From Gammaproteobacteria bacterium (GTDB lineage: Bacteria > Pseudomonadota > Gammaproteobacteria > Ga0077536): a stretch of DNA of 64,000 nt. Below are positions 27,963 through 38,274 of this stretch, piece by piece; position 1 is the first letter of the stretch, and each line of letters starts with the position of its first letter. The DNA is taken from the NCBI GenBank assembly GCA_963662545.2, contig CAXXLL010000002.1, positions 1,632,001-1,696,000 of the forward strand. Direction: 5' to 3'. The translations under genes were made by a program, and so were the position numbers. The notes below the pieces were generated by a model that saw only the letters and a program-made list of their open reading frames with translations, ran no database searches and was not told the origin of the DNA.

Positions 27963-29144
27963 CTATTTGGCGTTGCCGTAAATAAACCACAAGCCGCCGC
28001 CGCCGAAGTCGCCGCCCTGGAATACTTTGGAGCGCTTCGCCTCGGCCACTTGCAAGGCACTGGGGATCATGGCCTCGAATTCCTTGTCGGGATCGAATCC
28101 GCCTTCGCGGGAAAGCGCCTGGAGATCGATTTCGTGTGAACGCGCCCAGAATGGCTCGTTGTTGTTCAGTGTGTCCCAGTCGAGCATGAAAGCGTCGAAC
28201 GGATCCATACCCGCGTAGGGCGGTGTTTCCGCATGAACCATCATGCCGCCGGGTTTGAGTAAGCGGTGACACTCCTTGACGATGTTGTGAATCGCTTTCT
28301 CCGAGGTTTCGTGCAGGAGAATATGTGAGACGATGAGATCGAAGAAGCCGTCCGGAAATTTCGTTTTCTCCGCATTCTGCTGCGAAAAATGAATCTTCGC
28401 CCCGAGATCGTTTGCGCGAGCGTGCGCATAGCGGAGCATCGGCGCCGCGACGTCGATGGCATGCACCTGCGCTTCGGGATATGCCCGCGTATAGGGCACC
28501 GTGCTGTGTCCGACGGCGCAGCCCATATCGAGGATCCGCTGCGGTGCGAAATCAGGGTGATGGTCCTCGAGCCACAGGGCGATACTCGCGCCGATATCGT
28601 CGTTATAAGGCCCCATCTGTCCCATCGCATAGATATGCACCCCACGGTCGTACACCATGCCGGGCGAAGCATCTTCGGGCGTAAATTCGCTGTGATAAGC
28701 ACCCGGCTGGCAATGGATGTCGACCGCGGTGTGGTACCGCGGCGTCTTGAGATTCGAATCGAGTTTGAGCGAGCCCTTTGTCTTCTGGCCGCGCTGGTGC
28801 CTGATCTTGTCATTGAGGGCATCGAATTCGCGTTCGACCGGTTTCTGGCAGGCCGACCACATCATTTCCTGGCTGTTTCTTAGCAGGGCGCTGAACATCT
28901 GGTAGTACGGGTCTCGGGTCATGACATCGCGAACTTCGAAACGATCTTTCGGCGCGCGCCGATGCCCTTTTTCGAACGCCGGCTTCACGGCCAGGTCGTA
29001 GCGTTTCCGGTTGCCGCCGTGGACGTGCCGGACCAGGAACTGCTTGTAAGAGCGAACGAATTCCTGCCGCGCGAATTCATCGTGCGTCGTGCCGGGAAGT
29101 GCCACATGTGCGGCCTGGGCGTTGGGATCCTTCGTTGCTGCCAT
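27963..29144 (-). CDS. Class I SAM-dependent methyltransferase
   Basis: ILDMGCAVG, FDLIVSHILLHE and LLKPGG motifs. Confidence 0.9.
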   Translation of the reverse strand: MAATKDPNAQAAHVALPGTTHDEFARQEFVRSYKQFLVRHVHGGNRKRYDLAVKPAFEKGHRRAPKDRFEVRDVMTRDPYYQMFSALLRNSQEMMWSACQKPVEREFDALNDKIRHQRGQKTKGSLKLDSNLKTPRYHTAVDIHCQPGAYHSEFTPEDASPGMVYDRGVHIYAMGQMGPYNDDIGASIALWLEDHHPDFAPQRILDMGCAVGHSTVPYTRAYPEAQVHAIDVAAPMLRYAHARANDLGAKIHFSQQNAEKTKFPDGFFDLIVSHILLHETSEKAIHNIVKECHRLLKPGGMMVHAETPPYAGMDPFDAFMLDWDTLNNNEPFWARSHEIDLQALSREGGFDPDKEFEAMIPSALQVAEAKRSKVFQGGDFGGGGLWFIYGNAK

Positions 29145-29282
29145 CGGTATTTCTCCTGCCCTCGGGCTTGGATGCGACGGCAATACAATCTACAGATTTT
29201 CACCGACGCGCGAAAGTACGCTGATGTACACTCTCGCTTCCCACAACGCAGAGGCAGCGTTACTGTTGGGCGGATTAGAATC

Positions 29283-31331
29283 ATGAGCTACCGATTGGGC
29301 GCCGACGTCGGCGGTACATTTACGGACCTGTTGCTCGTCAACGAGCAAACGGGTGAGATCGCGGCCGCCAAGGTACCGTCGACACCGGCGGACCCCTCGA
29401 TCGGCGTTCTGCAGGGCATAGAGCGCGTGTGCAAGGCGGCGGGGGTGGCGCCCTCCGACATCACCCATGTCATGCACGGGACCACGGTGGCAACCAATAC
29501 CATGCTGACCGGGACCGGCGCGCGCGTGGGGCTCGTGACCACCAAGGGTTATCGACAGGTCCTGCAGATCGCCCGCTCCTTCGTTCCGGGCGGCCTCGGC
29601 GGCTGGGTCATTTATAACCAATCTGATCCAATAGCGCCGTTGGAGCTGACCATCGAGGCGGATGAACGGATGGGAGCGGACGGCAGGGTCGTTCGAGACC
29701 TCGACGAGGCCGCTCTGGCTGCGGACCTTGCAGGCCTCGGCCGTGAAGGCGTTGAGGCGCTGACGGTCAGCCTGATCAATTCGTACACCAACGGCAGCCA
29801 TGAAGTGCGGGTGCGCGAGATTGCGATGGAGGCTTTGCCCGGGATACCGGTGTCGCTGTCGTCATTGGTGATTCCCGAAATGCAGGAATACGAGCGCACG
29901 GTCACGACGGTCGCGAATTCCTACGTACGTCCCAAGGTTGAGGTCTATCTCAAAAACCTGGAACGGGAACTCGCGGTCAAGATGGGTCGGGTTAAGCTCA
30001 ATATCCTGCGCTCCGACGGTGGTCTGGCCTCGGCCGAAGCCGCCGCCAATTATCCGGTAAACATGCTCATGAGCGGCCCCGCGGGCGGCGTTGCAGGTGC
30101 GATCTGGGTCGCGCGTAATGCGGGCTTTGATGATCTGTTAACGCTCGACATGGGCGGCACCTCGACGGATGTCGCGCTGGTCCAGGACGGTGTCGCGCAA
30201 ATCAGGCGCGAGACCACCGTCGGTGATGTCACCGTACGCGCTTCTTCGATTGACGTGAGGTCCGTGGGCGCGGGCGGCGGCTCGATTGCGCACGTCCCCG
30301 AATTAACCGGTGCGTTGCGGGTCGGTCCGCAAAGCGCCGGTGCGGATCCCGGTCCGGCCGCTTACAATCGTGGAGGTACGGAGCCGACCGTCACGGACGC
30401 GAACCTCGTACTCGGCTACCTGCCGGGTGTCGCTAAGCTGGGCGGTGATATGGCGATCGACGTCGACAGCGCACGCGCTGCCGTAACCCGGATCGCCAAA
30501 GCCATGGATCTGCCGGTCGAACGCGCCGCAGCAGGTATCTACGACATCGTCAACGAAAACATGTTCGGCGCTTTGCGCCTGGTATCGGTCGAAAAGGGCT
30601 ATGACCCGCGCAATTTCGCGCTGATCGCCTTCGGTGGAGCCGGCCCATTGCACGCGAACGCTTTAGGGCGTCTGATGGGCTCCTGGCCGGTGATCATTCC
30701 GCCGGGTCCCGGAGTCCTCTGTGCTTATGGCGATGCCACGACGCGGTTGCGCGACGAGGCTTCCCGGACCTTCATCCGCCGCTTTTCCGAGACGAACGCC
30801 ACGGCGCTGCGCGATGCCTTGCTCGAGTTGGAACGGGTTGCAGCGGCCGCTTTACGTGCGGAAGGTGTCGACGCTCGGGAGCAGATCACGAGCTACCAGG
30901 TCGACCTGCGCTACCATGGCCAGGGACTGTTACTGACAGTTGATATTGAACTCGACGACCTCGCGGATGGCTTGGACGTCCTGGCCGCGCGATTCGACGC
31001 GATGCACGAACAACTCTTCACCTTCGCGCTGCCGGCGGAGAAGGAAATCGTGAATTTGCGCAGCGTGGCGCTGGGCAGCGCTCCGAGCGTGAAGGCGCAG
31101 CAACTTGCGCGCGGTGCCGATCCGGAAAGTGCGGTCTATGAACGCCAGGCGGTGTTCGTTGGCGGCGAATGGCTGGACACGAAGATCTATGATCGCGCTC
31201 GAATCGGCAGCGGGGCAAAAATATCCGGCCCCGCGATCGTGACTGAAATGGATGCGACCACGCTGATCCTCCCGGGTCACCTCGGCACCGTCGACGACTT
31301 CGGAAATATCCTGATTACACCGGAGCCCTAA
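29283..31331 (+). CDS. hyuA: Hydantoinase A/oxoprolinase family protein
   Basis: GADVGGTFTD, HGTTVATN, SGPAGG, DMGGTSTD and SAGADPGP. Confidence 0.92.
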   Translation: MSYRLGADVGGTFTDLLLVNEQTGEIAAAKVPSTPADPSIGVLQGIERVCKAAGVAPSDITHVMHGTTVATNTMLTGTGARVGLVTTKGYRQVLQIARSFVPGGLGGWVIYNQSDPIAPLELTIEADERMGADGRVVRDLDEAALAADLAGLGREGVEALTVSLINSYTNGSHEVRVREIAMEALPGIPVSLSSLVIPEMQEYERTVTTVANSYVRPKVEVYLKNLERELAVKMGRVKLNILRSDGGLASAEAAANYPVNMLMSGPAGGVAGAIWVARNAGFDDLLTLDMGGTSTDVALVQDGVAQIRRETTVGDVTVRASSIDVRSVGAGGGSIAHVPELTGALRVGPQSAGADPGPAAYNRGGTEPTVTDANLVLGYLPGVAKLGGDMAIDVDSARAAVTRIAKAMDLPVERAAAGIYDIVNENMFGALRLVSVEKGYDPRNFALIAFGGAGPLHANALGRLMGSWPVIIPPGPGVLCAYGDATTRLRDEASRTFIRRFSETNATALRDALLELERVAAAALRAEGVDAREQITSYQVDLRYHGQGLLLTVDIELDDLADGLDVLAARFDAMHEQLFTFALPAEKEIVNLRSVALGSAPSVKAQQLARGADPESAVYERQAVFVGGEWLDTKIYDRARIGSGAKISGPAIVTEMDATTLILPGHLGTVDDFGNILITPEP

Positions 31332-31340
31332 GGAGGACAC

Positions 31341-33215
31341 ATGGCCGCGCGTTTGATCGAAACCAACGATACCCCGCTCGAGCAGGTCGAGGTCGACGCG
31401 GTCACGCTAGACATCATCGAGAACGCACTTAAGAACGCGCGTTTCGAAATGGATGCCGTCCTGTTCCGCACGGCCATGTCGCCGGGCATCAGGGAGCAGC
31501 ACGACGAATTCCCCATGATTGCGAACCGCGACGGCAAGATGGTCGTCGGTCAATTCGGATCCTTTATTCACGGTTTTTCCCAGGGTTACGAGGGTACCAT
31601 CGAGGACGGCGACATTTTCCTCACGACCGATCCCTACGCTTGCAATGGTGCGATCAGTCACGCCAACGACTGGCTCGTACTGATGCCGATCTTCAAGGAC
31701 GGCCGACTGATCGCGTGGACGGCCATGTTCGGCCACATGACCGACATCGGTGGCAAGGTGCCAGGCAGCCTGCCGACCGATGCGCGCCAAATTTACGAAG
31801 AAGGCATCGTCGTACCGCCGATCAAGATTTACCGAGCCGGCGTCCTGCAGGACGATTTGCTCAAACTCATTCTTCACAACTGCCGGCTGCCGCATTGGAA
31901 CCACAGCGACTTCAACGCGATCATCGCCGCCTGCCGCACGGCGGCGAAGCGATGTGTCGAACTGACCGAACGGTTCGGCGACGACATTTTTTATTCTGCA
32001 ATGGACGAATTGCTCGAACGCAACCGCCGTGCGATGGCACAGCTTATCGCCAAGGTCATTCCGGAAGAGAAACGCTATTTCGAGGATTACGTATGCGACG
32101 ACGGGTTGGGTATGGGGCCTTACAAACTGGCCTGCACCATGTGGCGCGAAGGGGAGAAAGTCATTTTCGATTTCTCGGGCACCGATCCACAGTCCGTCGG
32201 CTCGATTAATTTTTACCTCAACGAAGAAATGTTCAAGATGTTCTGCGGCGTTTTCATGATCATGGTTTTCGATCCGCAGATCATGTTCAACGATGGCTTT
32301 TACGACTTGATGGAGGTTCGAATCCCGGAAGGAACGCTGCTCAAACCGAAGCATCCCGCCGCGCTGTCCTGTCGTACGCACGCCCTAGGGCGCATATTCG
32401 ACATCATCAGCGGCCTGTTTGGTCAGGGTGCGCCGGAATTCATGTGCGCGGCCGGCTTCTCCGACAGTCCCCATTTCATGTACTCCGGGGTCGATTCCCA
32501 TGGCGACTGGTACCAGTTGTATCAGATTGGCTTCGGCGGCATTCCGGGCAGGCCCATGGGCGACGGCCCGGATGGTCATTCGCTTTGGCCGAATTTCACG
32601 AACGTTCCCAACGAGTTTCTGGAAAGTTACTTTCCCTTGCGAATCGACATCTATGAAACGATCGCGGATTCGGGCGGGCCGGGTCTGCATCGCGGCGGCA
32701 ACGGCGTGCGCGTCGGCTATCGGTTTCTCGAACGCGGCGAGATCTCCGTGCACGACGATCGCTGGCTGACCTATCCCTGGGGCGTGAACGGGGGCCTGCC
32801 CGGCGCGCGCAGCCGCAAGCTGTTGCAGCGTGCGGACGGCACTGAGCAACTGGTGCCTTCTAAATGCGATCGCGTCGCAGTCGAAGCCGGCGATCTGCTG
32901 TTGTTCGAAACCTGGGGCGGCGGTGGCTGGGGTGATCCGCTGGCGCGCGACCCGGATCGCGTTGCCCTCGATGTCCGGCGCGGTTTAGCTACCGTGGAGG
33001 GTGTGCGGCGCTACGGCGTTGTCGTCGGCGACGATGGCCGAGCGATCACCGACAAAACCGAAACGCTGCGCGGCGAGATGGCTGCCGCCCGGACCGAAAT
33101 ACTGCTCGTCGACAAGGGCGGTACGATCGAGGAGCTGAAAGCGCGTTGCCTGGAAGAAACCGGTTTCGAACCGCCGGTGGCACCGGTATTCGGTACTGGT
33201 ACCGGGCCGACGTAG
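31341..33215 (+). CDS. hyuB: Hydantoinase B/oxoprolinase family protein
   Basis: DPYACNGAISH, HMTDIGGKVPGS, DSGGPGLHRGG and GGGGWGDP; AGGAGG RBS. Confidence 0.92.
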   Translation: MAARLIETNDTPLEQVEVDAVTLDIIENALKNARFEMDAVLFRTAMSPGIREQHDEFPMIANRDGKMVVGQFGSFIHGFSQGYEGTIEDGDIFLTTDPYACNGAISHANDWLVLMPIFKDGRLIAWTAMFGHMTDIGGKVPGSLPTDARQIYEEGIVVPPIKIYRAGVLQDDLLKLILHNCRLPHWNHSDFNAIIAACRTAAKRCVELTERFGDDIFYSAMDELLERNRRAMAQLIAKVIPEEKRYFEDYVCDDGLGMGPYKLACTMWREGEKVIFDFSGTDPQSVGSINFYLNEEMFKMFCGVFMIMVFDPQIMFNDGFYDLMEVRIPEGTLLKPKHPAALSCRTHALGRIFDIISGLFGQGAPEFMCAAGFSDSPHFMYSGVDSHGDWYQLYQIGFGGIPGRPMGDGPDGHSLWPNFTNVPNEFLESYFPLRIDIYETIADSGGPGLHRGGNGVRVGYRFLERGEISVHDDRWLTYPWGVNGGLPGARSRKLLQRADGTEQLVPSKCDRVAVEAGDLLLFETWGGGGWGDPLARDPDRVALDVRRGLATVEGVRRYGVVVGDDGRAITDKTETLRGEMAAARTEILLVDKGGTIEELKARCLEETGFEPPVAPVFGTGTGPT

Positions 33216-33294
33216 TATGGTTTGATCGAATCGCCGCGGGCCGCGCCGACTCTTCACTGCGGCGGCGAGGTGGCAGTCACAGGAGGATTCCCCG

Positions 33295-34893
33295 ATGAGT
33301 TCGACCCAGTCCCTGGCGCCACGCGACGGCGTCATCGAGCGCCTCGCCGATATCGTGGGCGCAGACCACTGCCTGACTTCGGAGAAAGACCGACGCTTCT
33401 TCTCGACGGATCTCAGTTACATTCCGGACGAGGTCGCCGAAGTCGTCGTGCAGCCCGACAACGCAGAACAACTCGCCGCGTGTGTTCGCTGCGCGACGGA
33501 TGCCGGCATGGCGGTGGTAGCACGCGGCGGCGGTATGTCCTATACGCGCGGTTACCAGCCGGAGCGCGCGGATTCAATGCTTATTGACCTGCGCCGTTTG
33601 AACCGCATTCTCGACATCAATACCGAAGACATGTATGTCGCCGTCGAGACGGGTTGTACGTGGATGCAACTGTACGAGGCCTTGAGTGAGCGGGGCGTCC
33701 GAACGCCCTATTTCGGTCCCCTGTCGGGGATGTACGCCACGGTTGGTGGCGCGCTGTCGCAGAACAGCCTGTTTTTAGGCTCTGGCGTTTACAACACGGT
33801 GGCCGAAAGCGTCATCGGGCTCAAGGTGGTGCTCGCCGACGGCAGCCTGCTGCAGACGGGCTCGGCGGCGCACATCAACGGCCAGCCGTTCTGGCGTCAT
33901 TTCGGACCTGATCTGACCGGTATTTTTACGGCCGACACCGGCGCTTTCGGCGTCAAGGCCGAAGCCACCCTGCGATTGATCGAGGCGCCCGAAGTCACGC
34001 TATTCATGTCCTACGCCTTCGACACCATCGAGGCGATGATCGCAACGCAGACGGTGCTGGCCCGCAAACGGATCTGCGCGGAATGCTACGGTTTCGATCC
34101 GTACTACAACGCGGCCTTCGAAAAGCAGGGCTTCACTTTCGGCGAGGGACTGGCGGTGCTGCGGGACGTCGCCATAAGCGAAGGCGGCATCAAGGGTCTG
34201 TGGACGTCCTTCAAGGTCGCCACCGCGGGAAAGACGTTCCTCAGCAAGGTGAATTACTCGTTGCACATGACGTTTGACAGCTACGACAAGGATGTTGCAC
34301 ACACGGCGCTGGAGCTCGCACGCGGAATTTGTCTCGAACAAGGCGGCCGTGAAATCGACAACACGCTGCCGACTGTGTTCAGAGCCCAACCGTTCGGCGG
34401 CGTGCGCACGGTGCTGCTCGGTTCCGAAGGCGAGATCTGGCTGCCGGTGCACGGGTTCATGCCCTTGTCTAAAGCCGTGGAAGTGGGTAATGCGACGGAA
34501 TCTTTTTTCGCCGAGCATCGCGAAACGATGGAAAAATACAATATTCACAGTTCCTACTTGACCTGTTTCGCCGGTACAGAGTTTGTGATCGAACCCAGCA
34601 TTTACTGGCACGACGAGCTCGGTGATTTCCGCTTGAGTCTGATCGAAGACGAGTTTGCCGAAAAGTGGAAAGACATTCCCGCGGACGAGGAAAAGCGCAA
34701 GATTGCACTCAAACTCCGCGACGACCTGCGCGATCTCTACGATCGGCACGGCTGCTGTCATCTGCAGTTGGGCAAGTACTATCCCTACCAGGAGATGATG
34801 AATAACGAAGCACTCCGCAAGCTGCTTAACGGCGTCAAGGATTTGCTCGATCCGGCGCGCCAGATAAATCCGGGGTCGTTGGGATTGCGCTGA
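33295..34893 (+). CDS. FAD-binding oxidoreductase (VAO/PCMH type)
   Basis: VVQP, ARGGGMSY, ATVGG, VLADG and C-terminal KDLLDP...NPG. Confidence 0.9.
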   Translation: MSSTQSLAPRDGVIERLADIVGADHCLTSEKDRRFFSTDLSYIPDEVAEVVVQPDNAEQLAACVRCATDAGMAVVARGGGMSYTRGYQPERADSMLIDLRRLNRILDINTEDMYVAVETGCTWMQLYEALSERGVRTPYFGPLSGMYATVGGALSQNSLFLGSGVYNTVAESVIGLKVVLADGSLLQTGSAAHINGQPFWRHFGPDLTGIFTADTGAFGVKAEATLRLIEAPEVTLFMSYAFDTIEAMIATQTVLARKRICAECYGFDPYYNAAFEKQGFTFGEGLAVLRDVAISEGGIKGLWTSFKVATAGKTFLSKVNYSLHMTFDSYDKDVAHTALELARGICLEQGGREIDNTLPTVFRAQPFGGVRTVLLGSEGEIWLPVHGFMPLSKAVEVGNATESFFAEHRETMEKYNIHSSYLTCFAGTEFVIEPSIYWHDELGDFRLSLIEDEFAEKWKDIPADEEKRKIALKLRDDLRDLYDRHGCCHLQLGKYYPYQEMMNNEALRKLLNGVKDLLDPARQINPGSLGLR

Positions 34894-34897
34894 TCCA

Positions 34898-35695
34898 GTG
34901 CCCGTATCGATTCGCAAGTCCTACGCCGACACCAGCGGCGGGCAGATCCATTACCGTCACACGGGCAGCGGGGGCACGCCTATCGTCCTGCTCCAGCAGA
35001 CCGCGAGCTCCTCGCAGATGTATCTACGGATGATGGAAGTCCTGGGCGAGGACTTTGAGCTCGTAGCCTTCGACACGCCGGGATTCGGCGGATCCTTCGA
35101 TCCGCCCCAGCAATCGCGACCGTCGATTGAGGATTATGCCGGCTGGCTTCTCGAAGCGATGAACGCGGTGGGATTATCGGCGTTTCATCTCTTCGGACAC
35201 CACACGGGCGCGTGTATCGGCGTGGAGATCGCAGCGGCGCACCCCGACCGCGTGGCCTCGTTAATGCTATGCGGCCCGGTGCCGTTGACCGCTGCCGAGC
35301 GCCATGAATTCAGCAAGCAGTTCGGTAAACCGATCGCGCCGACGCCGGACGGCTCCTATCTGCTCGAGACCTGGGAGTATCTTCGCAGCCTGGGCGCCGA
35401 CCGGGACCTCGCGCTGCACCATCGCGAGATGATCGATACCTTGCGCGCTTACGAGGGTCGGGCCATCGCGTATGCCGCCGTCTGGAAGCAGGACTGGACG
35501 GCTACCTACGAAAAGCTTACCTGTCCCCTCTTGCTCCTGTGCGCCGAGGACGACGTGCTGTACCCGTTTTTCGAACGCGCGCAGACCCTGCGTAGCGATG
35601 CTAAGGCGGTGACGATCAGCGGCGCCAACTTTGCACCCGATCTCGACACCGAGGCGGTCGCGAGTGCGATCCGGAAGTTTTTGGCTGACGGCTGA
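34898..35695 (+). CDS. Alpha/beta-fold hydrolase
   Basis: GQIHYR, FDTPGFGGS and the nucleophile elbow GHHTG. Confidence 0.85.
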   Translation: MPVSIRKSYADTSGGQIHYRHTGSGGTPIVLLQQTASSSQMYLRMMEVLGEDFELVAFDTPGFGGSFDPPQQSRPSIEDYAGWLLEAMNAVGLSAFHLFGHHTGACIGVEIAAAHPDRVASLMLCGPVPLTAAERHEFSKQFGKPIAPTPDGSYLLETWEYLRSLGADRDLALHHREMIDTLRAYEGRAIAYAAVWKQDWTATYEKLTCPLLLLCAEDDVLYPFFERAQTLRSDAKAVTISGANFAPDLDTEAVASAIRKFLADG

Positions 35696-35784
35696 ACGGG
35701 CATCGTCAACGTAAAAGGGCCGCGAACGTAGCGCCGTGAGGCGCGGCGAGCGTATTTTGATCATTCATTGAGGAAGAGCGGTCG

Positions 35785-36660
35785 ATGCAAATCGGATATA
35801 TCGGGGCAGGATTGATGAGTACGCCCATGATCGAGAATCTGCTCGACGATGGCCACGAAGTCACCGTATGGAACCGCACTGCGGCCAAGGCGGAGGCCCT
35901 GGTCGCGCATGGGGCGAAGTTCGCCCCCGAGGCGGCCGCCGTCTGTTCTCCGGGCGGGCTCGTCATGAGCTGTCTCGCCGACGATGCCGCACTCGAGGCG
36001 GTGTTCGAAGACGGCAGCGTACTTCAGGCCCTGGGACCGGGGGGCATTCACGCGTCGATGAGCACCATTTCGGCCGCCTGCGCCGCGCGGCTGGCCGAAC
36101 GGCATGGCGATCTGGGGATCGTCTACCTCGCCGCGCCGATTTGCGGCCGTCCGGATGCGGTGAAGGCGCGCCGGCAGTCCTTTCTCCTTGCTGGTGATGC
36201 GAGCGCCAAAGCGCGCGTGATCGGAACGCTCGAAGCGCTCGGCCGGCGCGTGTTCGATTTCGGTGAGGATCCGACCGCTGCCAACGTCGTCAAGATCAAT
36301 TTCAATTTTCTGATCGTCTCGGCGGTCGAGGCGATGGCCGAGGCATTTGCGGTCATTGAAAAATCAGGTCTCGACGTTGCGGCGTTCCATGAGATGATCA
36401 TCGGCACGGCCTTCGGTTGTCCCCTGTATGAAGGCTACGGGCGTCAGCTTCAGCAACAAGCGTGGGACGTGGCCGGCTTCAGGCTGGCCCTCGGACTGAA
36501 GGACGTTAAACTGGTCGCCGAGACCGCTGCCGCATGTGGCGCGCGGATGCGCCTCGGCGAATTATTGTTGAAACGTTTCGAAACTGCCGTCGCCAACGGC
36601 CTGTCGGACAAAGACTGGACTGCGGTCGCAGAAGAGATCCGCGCCGAAGCTGGATTGTAG
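35785..36660 (+). CDS. NAD(P)-dependent oxidoreductase, beta-hydroxyacid dehydrogenase family
   Basis: IGAGLM, WNRT, MSTIS and LGLKDV motifs. Confidence 0.9.
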   Translation: MQIGYIGAGLMSTPMIENLLDDGHEVTVWNRTAAKAEALVAHGAKFAPEAAAVCSPGGLVMSCLADDAALEAVFEDGSVLQALGPGGIHASMSTISAACAARLAERHGDLGIVYLAAPICGRPDAVKARRQSFLLAGDASAKARVIGTLEALGRRVFDFGEDPTAANVVKINFNFLIVSAVEAMAEAFAVIEKSGLDVAAFHEMIIGTAFGCPLYEGYGRQLQQQAWDVAGFRLALGLKDVKLVAETAAACGARMRLGELLLKRFETAVANGLSDKDWTAVAEEIRAEAGL

Positions 36661-36695
36661 AGCAACGGAACCACCGTAACTGGAGCGAATGTCTA

Positions 36696-37562
36696 ATGGC
36701 GAAAGTCGGTGTAATCAAGGAAATCTGGCGCTTCCCAGTGAAGTCCATGCAGGGCGACACGGTGGCACGATGCACGGTATCGAAACAGGGCCTGCTGGGC
36801 GATCGCTGTTGGGCGATGCGCGATGAAGGGCGTAAAGAAGTTCAATGGGGCAAGAAGTACCCGCAGCTGATGCTGTGCAAAGCGCGTTACCGCGAAGAAC
36901 CGGACGGCGGTGACATCAAGCCCGTTGAGATAACCTTTCCCGACGGCGAAACCGTGGGCAGCGACGATGCGGCCGTGCACGCCAAGCTGACGGAACTCAT
37001 CGGCCGCGAAGCAATGCTGTGGCCCTTGCAACCGGCCAGCGACGTTAAATTCTATAAACGCTATAAGCCCGATGAAGAACAGTTCATGAAGGAGATAGCC
37101 GAGGCTTTCGCCCGCGAACCGGGCGAGCCGGTGCCCGACATGAGTCAGTTCCCGGAAGTGCTCATGGATCACGTTTCGGTGCCGGGGACGTTCTTCGACA
37201 ACGAGGAACTTAATATGATCACGACGGCCTCGATGCGCTACATTGCATCGAAGAATCCTGAAGCCTCTTGGGACATTCGACGCTTTCGGCCGAATTTCTA
37301 CATCGAGACGGACAGTGGACTCGAAGGACTCGTGGAAAACGAGTGGGTCGGCCGGCGCTTGCGGATCGGCGCGACCACGGTCGAAATATCGGCGCCGACG
37401 CCGCGTTGCGGGATGACCGTGCGGCCACAGGGCGACCTCGACTACGACAAGAGTATTCTGCGTACTATCGTCAAGGACGGCGATCAGAATCTCGGCGTCG
37501 GCGCGCATTTTCGTGAGGGTGGCGAGGTTCGGGTTGGCGATACGGTCGAGGTACTCGATTGA
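36696..37562 (+). CDS. MOSC-domain protein
   Basis: IWRFPVKSM, GDR, RRFRPN, PRCGM and GEVRVGD motifs. Confidence 0.9.
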   Translation: MAKVGVIKEIWRFPVKSMQGDTVARCTVSKQGLLGDRCWAMRDEGRKEVQWGKKYPQLMLCKARYREEPDGGDIKPVEITFPDGETVGSDDAAVHAKLTELIGREAMLWPLQPASDVKFYKRYKPDEEQFMKEIAEAFAREPGEPVPDMSQFPEVLMDHVSVPGTFFDNEELNMITTASMRYIASKNPEASWDIRRFRPNFYIETDSGLEGLVENEWVGRRLRIGATTVEISAPTPRCGMTVRPQGDLDYDKSILRTIVKDGDQNLGVGAHFREGGEVRVGDTVEVLD

Positions 37563-37584
37563 ACAGCCGTTCGGTCAAACCTAC

Positions 37585-38274
37585 ATGATTTCGTTTAACG
37601 GATTCCCCAAGGGGTGTATTCCCTACCTTAAACGGCTCGCAAGGAATAACGAACGCGCCTGGTTTAATGAGAACAAGCCGCGTTACGAGGATTGCGTGCG
37701 TGAACCGGCGCTCGCTTTTATCGAGGCCATGGGACCGGAAATCGGGAAGTTATCGCCGCATTTTCGCGCGATTCCCAAGAAAGTGGGCGGTTCGTTGATG
37801 CGCGTGTACCGCGATACGCGCTTCGCCAGGGATAAAACGCCCTACAAAACGAATATCGGAATTCAGTTCCGCCACGAACTCGGCAAGGACGTCCATGCGC
37901 CGGGATTTTATGTTCACATCGAGCCGGGTAATTGTTTCATTGGCGCGGGGATTTGGCATCCCGAATCTAAGGTGCTAACGCGGATCAGAGAATTCATTGC
38001 GGATAATCCAAACGCCTGGAAGCAGGCGAGCATGAAGCGGCGATTCAAGAAGGATTTCTCGTTCGTCGGCGGTACGCTCAAGCGGCCCCCGCGCGGGTTT
38101 TCCCCCGACCATGAGCTGATCATCGATCTCAAGCGCAAGGATTTCATCGCCTGCAAGAATTTCGACGACACGGAGATCCTGAGCCGCGCATTCGTACACT
38201 TCGTCTTCCGTGCGTTCAAGCGCGCCGATCCGCTCATGAGTTATCTCTGCATGGCAGTAGACGCCCAATATTGA
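37585..38274 (+). CDS. DUF2461 family protein
   Basis: NNERAWF, RVYRDTRFARDKTPYK, GFYVHIEP and LKRPPRGF motifs. Confidence 0.9.
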   Translation: MISFNGFPKGCIPYLKRLARNNERAWFNENKPRYEDCVREPALAFIEAMGPEIGKLSPHFRAIPKKVGGSLMRVYRDTRFARDKTPYKTNIGIQFRHELGKDVHAPGFYVHIEPGNCFIGAGIWHPESKVLTRIREFIADNPNAWKQASMKRRFKKDFSFVGGTLKRPPRGFSPDHELIIDLKRKDFIACKNFDDTEILSRAFVHFVFRAFKRADPLMSYLCMAVDAQY

